The translations under genes were made by a program, and so were the position numbers. This document shows positions 18,601 through 37,843 of a DNA stretch of 64,000 nt, piece after piece; the first letter of the stretch is position 1; every line of letters starts with the position of its first letter. Location of the stretch: contig CAZPQW010000001.1 of assembly GCA_964588985.1 (NCBI GenBank), positions 128,001-192,000 on the forward strand. The letters are read 5' to 3'. Under the pieces are notes generated by a model, which worked only from the letters and a program-made list of their open reading frames with translations, did no database searches and had not been told where the DNA came from. This DNA comes from an uncultured Solirubrobacteraceae bacterium (GTDB lineage: Bacteria > Actinomycetota > Thermoleophilia > Solirubrobacterales > Solirubrobacteraceae).

Positions 18601-18869
18601 AGCGTCTCGACGTGCGGGTCGAGGCGCTCGGCGACGACCTGCAGCGGTACGCGCAGCCCCGCCTGCGCGGCGAACGTCGTGCGCAGGATCTCGTGCCTTG
18701 CCACGCACGCGCGCAGCGCGTCCGCGAGCGCGCCCGGCTCCAGCGGGCCATCGATCGACAGCACGCCCTGCACTCGCGCCGCGGGCCCGTCGGGCTCGGC
18801 TTCCCAGACCCGCGCCTGCTGCGGCGACATGTGGAAGCTGTCGACGCTCCCTGACATTCCGTTGTCCAC
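15663..18869 (-). CDS. NRPS module I(interface, C-like)-A(Asp)-T
   Basis: FHMSPQQ N-terminus; C-like domain with ISALCADSAS replacing HHxxxDG; STDLGNT, LKITPSH, NHYGPTETTVG give DLTKVGHVGK; GGHSLL. Confidence 0.9.
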   Translation of the reverse strand: MDNGMSGSVDSFHMSPQQARVWEAEPDGPAARVQGVLSIDGPLEPGALADALRACVARHEILRTTFAAQAGLRVPLQVVAERLDPHVETLVVDTAAAPERERRLAEVRAAELAAPFDTNQGPLVRASILTTDGEAFALVLTISALCADSASAALVLGEVAGVLASTELVQDPLQYADFAAWQHELSESDDEEAAAARAFWAQDAGAAAPALPFTRKDVSEPLEEVVVAIDEALARGLREQTARYGAGPAAAVQAAWHAVLARYSNEEESTCAYLAGERRHPDLDGAVGTFARPVPVSVRVEGSRTFAEALADVVQAREQALVRQDYAPADGGGLDIGFAEYPLALAQPEGVSVRIEAMVCSGPELRLLAMCGTDGERLAVSLAFDPARHRRETVEGLAEGVRGVLAAAAADPSAALGGIELLSERERARVLREFNDTGAPAPAECVHELFASHARSTPGRTAVTDGERSLTYGELDASANRLARRLHAAGVGPDVTVGLCTDRSVEMVVGLLGILKAGGTYVPLHHEHPPARLCHQLAAAGASTVVTQEALLERLHGFEGEVVCLDRDREAIEREPAEPLEGGAGLEHRAYVIFTSGSTGAPKGVDVTHGNLANYAADIVRRLGADEEQLSFGLVTSVSTDLGNTSIFGALCSGGTLVLVSQAAAGDPGALAALMQSTPVDVLKITPSHVGALLAAGDARVLPRRWLVLGGERAGWDLVERVRGLSSCAILNHYGPTETTVGSCTFVVDEGPGEYEPASVPIGRPISNTRCYVVDAGGAPTPVGVSGRLLIGGAGVARGYVGEPELTAERFYADPFAADAGARVYDTGDLARWLPDGSLEFMGRIDEQVKIRGYRVEPAEVDSALRRHAGVREAITVAHVVAGADMRLVAYCSIEQGVDDAGLRGHLAEWLPEYMLPGAIVVMEELPRTPSGKIDRLALPDPDLVSADGGADYVAPSTPLEEAVATIWAQVLGMPRVGVEEDFFALGGHSLLATQVVAQVRSDFAVDLPLHSLFTYPTVASLAAEIVGMMSDSEGDETARLMAELEGMSDEEARRLLAEDLQPEAGQG

Positions 18870-18947
18870 GTGGACGCTACCCCCGCTTGTTGAGCAATTC
18901 CATTAAAGGCGGAGGGTAACGGTTCATTTCATTACCGCAAGGGAAGA

Positions 18948-20414
18948 TCAGCGCCGTGCACGGCGGCCGATCGAACGCCCGGCCGGCCGGCGCGAACCGC
19001 GGCCGTGCTCTAGTGCGAGCGCGAGTACGGGCTCGTCGGGATAGCGGACTACCTGCTCGAGCATCGCCCGCAGATCCTGCTCGAAGCCGGCGACCGTCGA
19101 GCCGTCGAAGAGGTCGCGGTTGTACTCGAAGTAGCCCGCGAGCGCCGTCGGGCCCAACTCGAGCTCGAGCGCCAGGTCGAAGCGCGAGAACCCGATGTCC
19201 ACGGGCAGCGGCTCGACTGCGATCCCCGGCAGCTCCAGCGCGGGGCGCTCCGTCGCCTGCGCGCGGAAGTTCACCTGGAACAGCGGGTTGTAGGAGGGGT
19301 CGCGCCGCGGCGCGAGCTTCTCGACGACCTTCTCGAACGGGAGGTCCTGGTGGTCGTAGGCTCCCAGCGCCGTCGCGCGGGCACGCGTCACGACCTCCCG
19401 GAACGAGGGGTTGCCGCCGACCCGCACGCGCAGCGCCATCGTGTTCGTGAAGAAGCCGATCAGGCTCTGCAGCTCCAGGTCGTTGCGGTTGGCGATCGGG
19501 CTGCCGATGACCACGTCCTCCTCGCCGCTGAGCCGGTACAGCAGGACCGCGAAGGCCGCCAGCATCGTCATGAAGAACGTCGCGCCCCCCTCACGACCGA
19601 GCGCCGCCAGCGCGTCGCCGAGCTCGCGCTCGAGCACAAAGTGCACATGCGAGCCCTCGTGCCGCTGCAGCGCCGGCCGCGGTCGGTCGGTCGGCAGTCG
19701 CAACAGCTCGGGCGCGCCCTCCAGCGCCGTGGCCCAGTAGGTGGTCAGTCGCTCGAGCTCCGCCCCCTGCAGCCGTCCGCGCTGCCACACCGCGAAGTCC
19801 GAGTACTGGATCGGAAGCTCCGGCAGCTGCGGCTCGCGGCCGGCGCACGCGGCCGCGTAGCACTCCGCGAGCTCTGAGAACAGCACCCTGTCGGAGTGCG
19901 CGTCCGCCGCGATGTGATGCATCACGAGCAGCAGCACGTGGTCCTCGCCGCCGAGCTCCACGAGCGTCGCGCGCAGCATCAGGTCGGAGGCGAGGTCGAA
20001 CGGTTCGCGCGAGAGCTCGCGCAGCAGCGGCTGGAGGGCGTCGAGGTCGTCGACCGCGGTCACGCGCAACTCGAACGACCACCGCTCGAGCACGACCTGC
20101 ACCGGCTCGCGATCGCCCGAGAAGACGGTCCGCAGGCTCTCGTGGCGCTCGAGCACCGTCTCGAACGCCCCGCGCAGCACGTCCACCTCGAGCGGTCCGC
20201 GAAGCCTGAACGCCCGCGCCCCGTTGAACGCTGGGCTCTCCGGCTCCCACTGCTGCAGGAACCACATCCGCTGCTGGGAGAAGGACAGCGGCGCGGGGCC
20301 GCTCCCCTCCCGGCGGGGGATCGTCGTGGCGGCGCCCGCCGCCTGGCGTCGCTGTTGGAGCGCCCGTTCGAGCAGGGCGCGCTTGGCTGGCGAGAGGCCT
20401 CCGACGTCGGTCAT
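18948..20414 (-). CDS. Stand-alone condensation domain protein
   Basis: LSFSQQRMWFL, RHESLRT, HHIAADA, LPTDRPRP, HQDLPFE; no A or T domain. Confidence 0.92.
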   Translation of the reverse strand: MTDVGGLSPAKRALLERALQQRRQAAGAATTIPRREGSGPAPLSFSQQRMWFLQQWEPESPAFNGARAFRLRGPLEVDVLRGAFETVLERHESLRTVFSGDREPVQVVLERWSFELRVTAVDDLDALQPLLRELSREPFDLASDLMLRATLVELGGEDHVLLLVMHHIAADAHSDRVLFSELAECYAAACAGREPQLPELPIQYSDFAVWQRGRLQGAELERLTTYWATALEGAPELLRLPTDRPRPALQRHEGSHVHFVLERELGDALAALGREGGATFFMTMLAAFAVLLYRLSGEEDVVIGSPIANRNDLELQSLIGFFTNTMALRVRVGGNPSFREVVTRARATALGAYDHQDLPFEKVVEKLAPRRDPSYNPLFQVNFRAQATERPALELPGIAVEPLPVDIGFSRFDLALELELGPTALAGYFEYNRDLFDGSTVAGFEQDLRAMLEQVVRYPDEPVLALALEHGRGSRRPAGRSIGRRARR

Positions 20415-20430
20415 TCGCGGAGGCTAGAGG

Positions 20431-21336
20431 CTAGGACCAGCCGAAGTCGATGCCTGTGAGCTCGCGCAGCCGCTCGTTGTGTGGGCTGAAGTACTCGCGC
20501 AGCCGCGCGCGGGTCTCCTGGTCCATCGGCTCGTAGGACCCGGCGTTCAGCGTCGGAAGCTCTCCGTTGCTGTGAGGCGGGAGCCCGAGGTGCTCGTGGA
20601 TCTGCTCGAGCGTGCGCTCCGGCGCGGCGACGACGTCCTCGAACTTGAGGAACAGGAACTGCTCGCGCGGGAACACCTCCAGCCATCGCTCGAGATGCTC
20701 GGCGTAGCGGCTCGTCCGCAGGTAGCCCCACCGGTAGACCCGCCAGCTGTGGTAGCCGGGTTCCCTGATCTCGCGAGCCTCCTCGCCGCGCAGGCGCTCC
20801 TCCTCGCTCGCGATCGCCTCCTCGAAGGTCTCCAACGGCTCCGATCCCCTCCTGCGGAAGTAGTGGTACTGCGAGTACGAGCGGTCCGCCGGGTCGCGCA
20901 GGCACACGACCAGCCGGGCGTTCGGCACCAGCTTGGCGGCGCGGCTCGGCGTCCAGTAGTGGGCCAGGTAGGAGGCCGTCGCCTCGCCTGAGATGAACGG
21001 GCGGCCGTGCTCGGCCGCGAACGCGTCCCGCTCGCTGGCGTAGGGGAAGTAGCACCGGTACCAGTCGGCGCGCCGGCCGTAGTTCATGTTGAAGAAGTGG
21101 ATCTCCTTTTTGGTCGGCGCGACGAATGGGTGTTCGATCAGCCAGCCGTGCATGCTCGTGGTCCCGCACTTGGTGGACCCGACGATCAGGAAGTCGGGCA
21201 GCAGCCGGCCGCGACCCGGGTTGCGGCGGGCGAGCGTACGTCCCGCGTAGTAGACGCCCTTGAGCGAGTCGTAGGTCGAGCGCGGCACCGCCCGGCGGAT
21301 TCGCGCGTCGATCGTGTGCCTGTTGATCCGCTGCAC
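20431..21336 (-). CDS. PAPS-dependent sulfotransferase 1 (heparan 3-O/N-sulfotransferase-like fold)
   Basis: 5'-PSB PDFLIVGSTKCGTTS, KEIHFF, GEATASY, 3'-PB LRDPADRSYSQY; GTG 21336 follows GGAG. Confidence 0.92.
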   Translation of the reverse strand: MQRINRHTIDARIRRAVPRSTYDSLKGVYYAGRTLARRNPGRGRLLPDFLIVGSTKCGTTSMHGWLIEHPFVAPTKKEIHFFNMNYGRRADWYRCYFPYASERDAFAAEHGRPFISGEATASYLAHYWTPSRAAKLVPNARLVVCLRDPADRSYSQYHYFRRRGSEPLETFEEAIASEEERLRGEEAREIREPGYHSWRVYRWGYLRTSRYAEHLERWLEVFPREQFLFLKFEDVVAAPERTLEQIHEHLGLPPHSNGELPTLNAGSYEPMDQETRARLREYFSPHNERLRELTGIDFGWS

Positions 21337-21416
21337 GTGGAAGCTCCAAGACCCGCCCGTGGGTGCACTACCGTGGCCGACGAGCAGCAATTCGGCGATA
21401 CTACCGAGGCTGTCGC

Positions 21417-22514
21417 ATGCTACCGCGCTCGCTGTTCCCCCCGCGAATCCCCGGTCCGCGCGCCCGCCCCGCGGGTGCGCCGCCGCTCGCCGGGATCGAT
21501 CCGCCGCTCTTCACGCCGCTGCCCGCACGGCCATTCGCGGTGGCGGTCTCCCCGGACGGGGCGCGGGCGTTCGTCTCGATGCCACGCCCGGATGCCCGCG
21601 GGCTGCTCGTCCTGACGCCCGGCGCGCCGTGGCGCCTCGAGCGGGTGCTGTGGCTCGATCCGGCCGTCGTCCCGAGGGGGATGACGACCGATCGGGCCGG
21701 GCGCTATCTGCTGGCGGCCAACAGCGCCGGCGGCCTGATCGTCGCGCAGGCCGATGCGCTCGCGGCCGGCTCGCCCGATCCGCTCGTGTCGGTGCTCGAG
21801 TCGCCGTCGACCGGCTCGATGCAGGTGATCCTCGACCCGGACGACCGCTTCGCGTTCGTCACCGACGAGCACAGCGCCACGCTGTCGGTGTTCGACTTCG
21901 AGGACTCGCTGCGCTCGCCGGCTCCGCGGGCGCGACTTGTGGGGCAGGTGCGGACGCCCCCGGCGCCCGTCGGGCTGGCCCTGACGCCGGACGGCGAGCA
22001 TCTGCTGATGACAAGTCAGGGCAGCGGCGAGCGCGGGATGCTGTCGGTGCTCGCGACGCGCGACGCCACGCACGATCCAGCCCGCGCCGTCGTCGCCTCG
22101 GTGCATGCCGGGTGCCAGCCGGTCCGCGTGGCGATCGCTTCCGAGGTGGCGTGGGTCACCGCCCGCGGCAGCAACTCGGTGCTCGCGTTCGACCTCGAGC
22201 GGCTGATCTCCGGGGCCGGGCGTCCGCTTCGCGCGGCCGTGCGGGTCGGCGCGGCGCCCGTTGGGCTCGCGCTGCTCGATCGGGGCTCGACGGTGGTGGT
22301 TGCGAACTCCAACCGCTACGGGCCCGACGCGGAGCAGCCGCAGACGCTCTCGGTGATCGACGCCGATGCTGCGCTGAAGGGGCGCAGGGCACTGGTCGGG
22401 AGCGTCCCCGCCGGGGCGTTCCCGCGCGAACTGGCGCGCCTGCCGGACGACCGCGGCGTGCTCGTCACGAACGTCTTCTCCCAGAATTTGCAGGCGATTT
22501 CTGTGTTACCCTGA
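21417..22514 (+). CDS. YVTN/lactonase-like beta-propeller protein, no obvious signal peptide
   Basis: Repeats PFAVAVSPDG, PVGLALTPDG, VWVTARGSNSV, PVGLAL, GAFPREL. Confidence 0.75.
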   Translation: MLPRSLFPPRIPGPRARPAGAPPLAGIDPPLFTPLPARPFAVAVSPDGARAFVSMPRPDARGLLVLTPGAPWRLERVLWLDPAVVPRGMTTDRAGRYLLAANSAGGLIVAQADALAAGSPDPLVSVLESPSTGSMQVILDPDDRFAFVTDEHSATLSVFDFEDSLRSPAPRARLVGQVRTPPAPVGLALTPDGEHLLMTSQGSGERGMLSVLATRDATHDPARAVVASVHAGCQPVRVAIASEVAWVTARGSNSVLAFDLERLISGAGRPLRAAVRVGAAPVGLALLDRGSTVVVANSNRYGPDAEQPQTLSVIDADAALKGRRALVGSVPAGAFPRELARLPDDRGVLVTNVFSQNLQAISVLP

Positions 22515-22553
22515 ATGACTTGCGCTGGGCGTAAAATCTCGAACGGATTCGTA

Positions 22554-23537
22554 ATGGCAACGTCCCGACCGCGCCCACCGGAGCAAGCACGCGACCGGGG
22601 GCGCAACCTCACCGGAAAGTCGCGAGTTCACCAGCTGTTGCAGCAGCGGTTGCCTCCGGCTGCGTTCGAGCTGGCGGTCGGCGGCTATTACGGCCTGCGC
22701 CGAGCCGCCGGACGGGGCCCCGGCCGCGGTCGGGTGCTGCCGGACTTCCTCGTCGTCGGCGCGGCCAAGTGCGGCACGACGAGCCTGTTCGACTGGATCT
22801 GCCTGCACCCTCTCGTCGCCCGCCCGAGCACGAACGGGCAGCAGCGCAAGGAGCTGCTGTTCTTCGACTACAACTTCCACCGCGGCGCTGACTGGTACCG
22901 GATGCACTTCCCGCTGGAGGTCGAGCGCGACGAGTTCGAGCGCGAGCACGGCCGGCCGTTCGTCACGGGCGAGGCCACCGCGTCATACCTGACCGGCCAC
23001 TGGGTGCCGGGGCGGGTGCGGCAGGTGGCGCCCGATGCCAAGTTGATCGTGACGCTGCGCAACCCGGTCGACCGCGCTTACTCGGCGTTTCAGATGTCGC
23101 GTCGGGAGCGGCTCGAGGAGTGCGAGAGCTTCGAGGAGGCGATCGCGCTGGAGGAGCAGCGGCTCGCCGGCGAGCTGGAGCGCGTGCGCCGCGATCCCCG
23201 GTACAACCCTCCGCTGCCGCCGCCGTTGGGCTATTGGTCCTACCTCCACCGCAGCCGCTACGCGGACCACGTCGCACGCTGGCTCAAGGTGTTCCCACGC
23301 GAGCAGATCCTGTTCCTGAGGTTCGAGGACATCGCCGCCGACCCGTCGGGCGAGCTCGATCGGGTTCACGACTTCCTCGGGCTGCCGCCGCATCGCGGCG
23401 GCGAGCTGCGCAAGCTCAACGCCGCCGACTACAGCGGCATGAACCCCAAGACGCGAGCTGAGCTCGTCGAGCACTTCCGGCCCTACAATCGACGCCTGCG
23501 CGAGCTCACGGGGATCGACTTCGGATGGGATCGGTGA
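22554..23537 (+). CDS. PAPS-dependent sulfotransferase 2 (paralog of 20431-21336)
   Basis: PDFLVVGAAKCGTTS, GEATASY, LRNPVDRAYSAF, ends LRELTGIDFGW like the paralog; TAAAAT -10 candidate at 22532-22537. Confidence 0.92.
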   Translation: MATSRPRPPEQARDRGRNLTGKSRVHQLLQQRLPPAAFELAVGGYYGLRRAAGRGPGRGRVLPDFLVVGAAKCGTTSLFDWICLHPLVARPSTNGQQRKELLFFDYNFHRGADWYRMHFPLEVERDEFEREHGRPFVTGEATASYLTGHWVPGRVRQVAPDAKLIVTLRNPVDRAYSAFQMSRRERLEECESFEEAIALEEQRLAGELERVRRDPRYNPPLPPPLGYWSYLHRSRYADHVARWLKVFPREQILFLRFEDIAADPSGELDRVHDFLGLPPHRGGELRKLNAADYSGMNPKTRAELVEHFRPYNRRLRELTGIDFGWDR

Positions 23538-23541
23538 AGCC

Positions 23542-34778
<11,237 letters not shown>

Positions 34779-34782
<4 letters not shown>

Positions 34783-37700
34783 GCGACTTTCGCCTCTCTC
34801 CCCAGCAGGCGTTCCTGCTCGGACGCGGCCCGTCGGCCGAGGTGTCCCAGATCGTGCTGGAGCTCGAGGCAGGTCCCGCGGGCGACGAGCTGCGGGCCCG
34901 GCTGGAGGCGCTCGTGCACCGCCACGAGGCGCTGCGGACCACCTTCGTGACGCCTACGGGTGCGCGCGCTCCGGTGGCGCAGACGATCCACGACCGCCTC
35001 GAGCCGGGATGGGACACGGTCAGTGGCGGCGAGGATCCGCTGGCCGATCGGGCGGCGCGCGAGGGCGTCCTCGCCGGCGAGGCGGCCCGCGTCGATCCGG
35101 GGCACGGTCCGAGCATCCGCGCACTGCTCGTCGAGCCCTCCGATGGCGGCAGAGCCCTGCTGCTGACCGCGCTCGCCGCGAGCGCCGACGCCCGCTCTCT
35201 GGTCCTGCTCGGCCGCGAGCTGCTTGCGGCGGCGACCCAGCGGTCCGGAGGAGACCCGATCCAGCACGCCGACTACGCCGAGTGGCGCCACGAGCTCCTG
35301 AACGGCGACGATCCTGACGCGGCGCGAGGCAGCTCGTTGTGGGCCTCGGCGGTCGAGGAGATCCGTCGCGAGACGCTGCTGTTCGGCGCGCGCGCGCACC
35401 GCGGCGGCGCGCGCGCGAAGGTGTATGTCCAGATCGATCTCGACCCTCACGACCGCAAGCGCCTCGACGATGCCGCGGCGGGCGCCGAGCTGTTCCTCGA
35501 CGCGGCGTGGCACGCGCTGCTCGCTCGCCTAACCGGCGCCACCGAGCTGTTGACGGCCGAGCTCGTCGACGGCCGATCGCAGCCCGACCTCGAGGATGCG
35601 ATCGGTCCGTATGCGCAGGTGACTGCGATCAGGCTCTCGATCGGGGCTGACACCCGATTCGTCGAGCTGATCGACCACCTCGCTCGAGTCCGCGCGGACG
35701 CCCGCAGGTGGCTCGACTACGCCGTCGAGGCGGACCTCGGTCGCGTGGTCGACGCCGCGACCGCCGGCTTCGACGCCGTCGCGGCCTCGTCCGACGCGGC
35801 CGTTCCTTTCCTCTCCGCCAGCGCGACCGGATGCCCGATCGAGCTGCGTTGGCTGGGCGGCGGCGCCCTCGAGCTGCGCTACGACTCGACCATCTACGAC
35901 GAGCGCGACGCCGAGGACATCTCGCGTCAATTCACGACACTGCTCGGTGCAGCACTTACCGATCCCTCGCAGCCGCTCGGCGAGCTGCGCCTGCTCGACG
36001 ACGCCACGCGCGCGGAGATCTACGCCATTGGTGGCGGCGAGCAGCCGGCCGGCGGATCCGACTGCGTGCACCACCGCTTCGCGCGCCAGGCGGCGAGCAC
36101 CCCCGATCTGGTCGCGGTCGCGGGGGACGGCGTGGCGGTCACGTTCCGGGAGCTGAACGAGAGCGCGAACCGGCTCGCCCACCACCTTCTCGACCTGGGC
36201 GTCGAGCGCGATCAGCCGGTCGGGCTGTGCATGCGCCGCTCGCCGGCGATGGTCGGCGCCCTGCTGGGCGTCATGAAGGCCGGCGGCGGCTACGTGCCGA
36301 TCAACTTCGCGCACCCGCCGGGCCGGATCGCGCACCAGCTCGCCGAGGCGGGCGTTCGCGTTCTCGTGACCGAGGCCGAGTTGGTCGAGCACCTGCCCGA
36401 GCAGGACACGACTACGGTCGTGTGCGTCGATCGCGACGCCGAGCGGATCGCGACGCGTCCCTCCGAGGATCCGCCGCGCAGCTCGCGGCCAGCGGACCTC
36501 GCGTACGTGATCTACACGTCCGGCTCGACCGGCCTGCCCAAGGGCGTGGCGGTCACGCACGCCAACCTCGACAACTACACCGCCGCGATCGTGGAGCGAC
36601 TCGGCGCGTCGGAGGCTATGGGGTTCGCGCTCGTCTCGGAGATCAGCACCGACCTCGGCAACACCGCGGTCTTCCCGCCGCTCGTCACCGGCGGCTGCCT
36701 GCACGTGATCGACAACGAGACCGCGATGGATGGCGGCGCGCTCGCCGCATACGCCGCGGAGCACCCGATCGACGTCGTCAAGATCACCCCCACCCACCTG
36801 CGAGCGCTGCTCGCGGCCGACGAGCGGGTTCTTCCCCGGCGCTGGCTCGTAGTCGGGGGAGAGGCGCTGTCGTGGGAGCTGGTGGAGCGGATCGAGGCTG
36901 CCGGTTCCGGCTGTCGCGTGCTCAACCACTACGGCCCGACGGAGACGACCGTCGGCTGCTGCACCTTCGAGGTCAAACCCGGCGCGCAGAGGCCGCCATC
37001 GGCCACCGTGCCGATCGGACGTCCTCTCCCCGGCGCCCGCGCGTACGTGCTCGACGCGCAGCTCGAGCCTGTGCCGGTCGGGGTCGCCGGCGAGCTGTGC
37101 GTCGGCGGGGCCGGAGTGGCCCGCGGGTATGTGAATCGGCCCGATGAGACCGCCGAGCGGTTCGCCGAGGATCCGCAGGGCGGGCGCATGTACAGGACCG
37201 GCGACCGCGTGCGCTTCCTGCGCGACGGCTCGATCGAGTTCCTCGGACGCCTCGACCACCAGCTCAAGATCCGCGGCTACCGCGTCGAGCCCGGCGAGAT
37301 CGAGACCGCGCTGGCGCGCCATCCGGCGATTCGCGAGGCCGCCGTGGTGCCGGTCGGCGACGGAGACGGGGACCCCCGGCTGGTCGCGTACTTCGTCGCC
37401 GCCTCAGAGCCGTCGCTTGACGATCTGCGGGAGTTCCTCGCGCAGTCGCTGCCCGAGTACATGCTGCCCTCCCGCTGGGTGCCGATCGGCGCGTTCCCGC
37501 TGACTCCAAGCGGCAAGGTCGATCGTCTCGCGCTCCCCGATCCAGACTCGGTGCAGTCGCAGCGGCGGGTGGAGTTCGTCGCCCCGCGGGACGAGGTCGA
37601 GACCGAGATCGCGGCGATCTGGTCTGCGCTGCTGGGGGTCGAGGACGTCGGCGTGCTCGACGACTTCTTCGCGCTCGGTGGCCACTCCCTGCTGGCGACA

Positions 37701-37823
37701 CAGGCGATCATGCGGATTCGTCGGGTCTACGGCGAGATCCCGCTGGGTGCGCTCTTCAACTCGCCGACGGTGGGCGCGCTGGCCGACGTGATCCGAGCAC
37801 GGATCTCTGCCGACGCGCCGTAG
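34779..37823 (+). CDS. NRPS module I(interface, C-like)-A(Asp)-T
   Basis: MSDFRLSPQQ start in ATGA overlap after GGAGGAG; ALAASADARS replaces HHxxxDG; code DLTKVGHVGK; GGHSLL; no TE. Confidence 0.9.
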
Positions 37824-37843
37824 ACCTTCCGCGGCGTTCTCCG

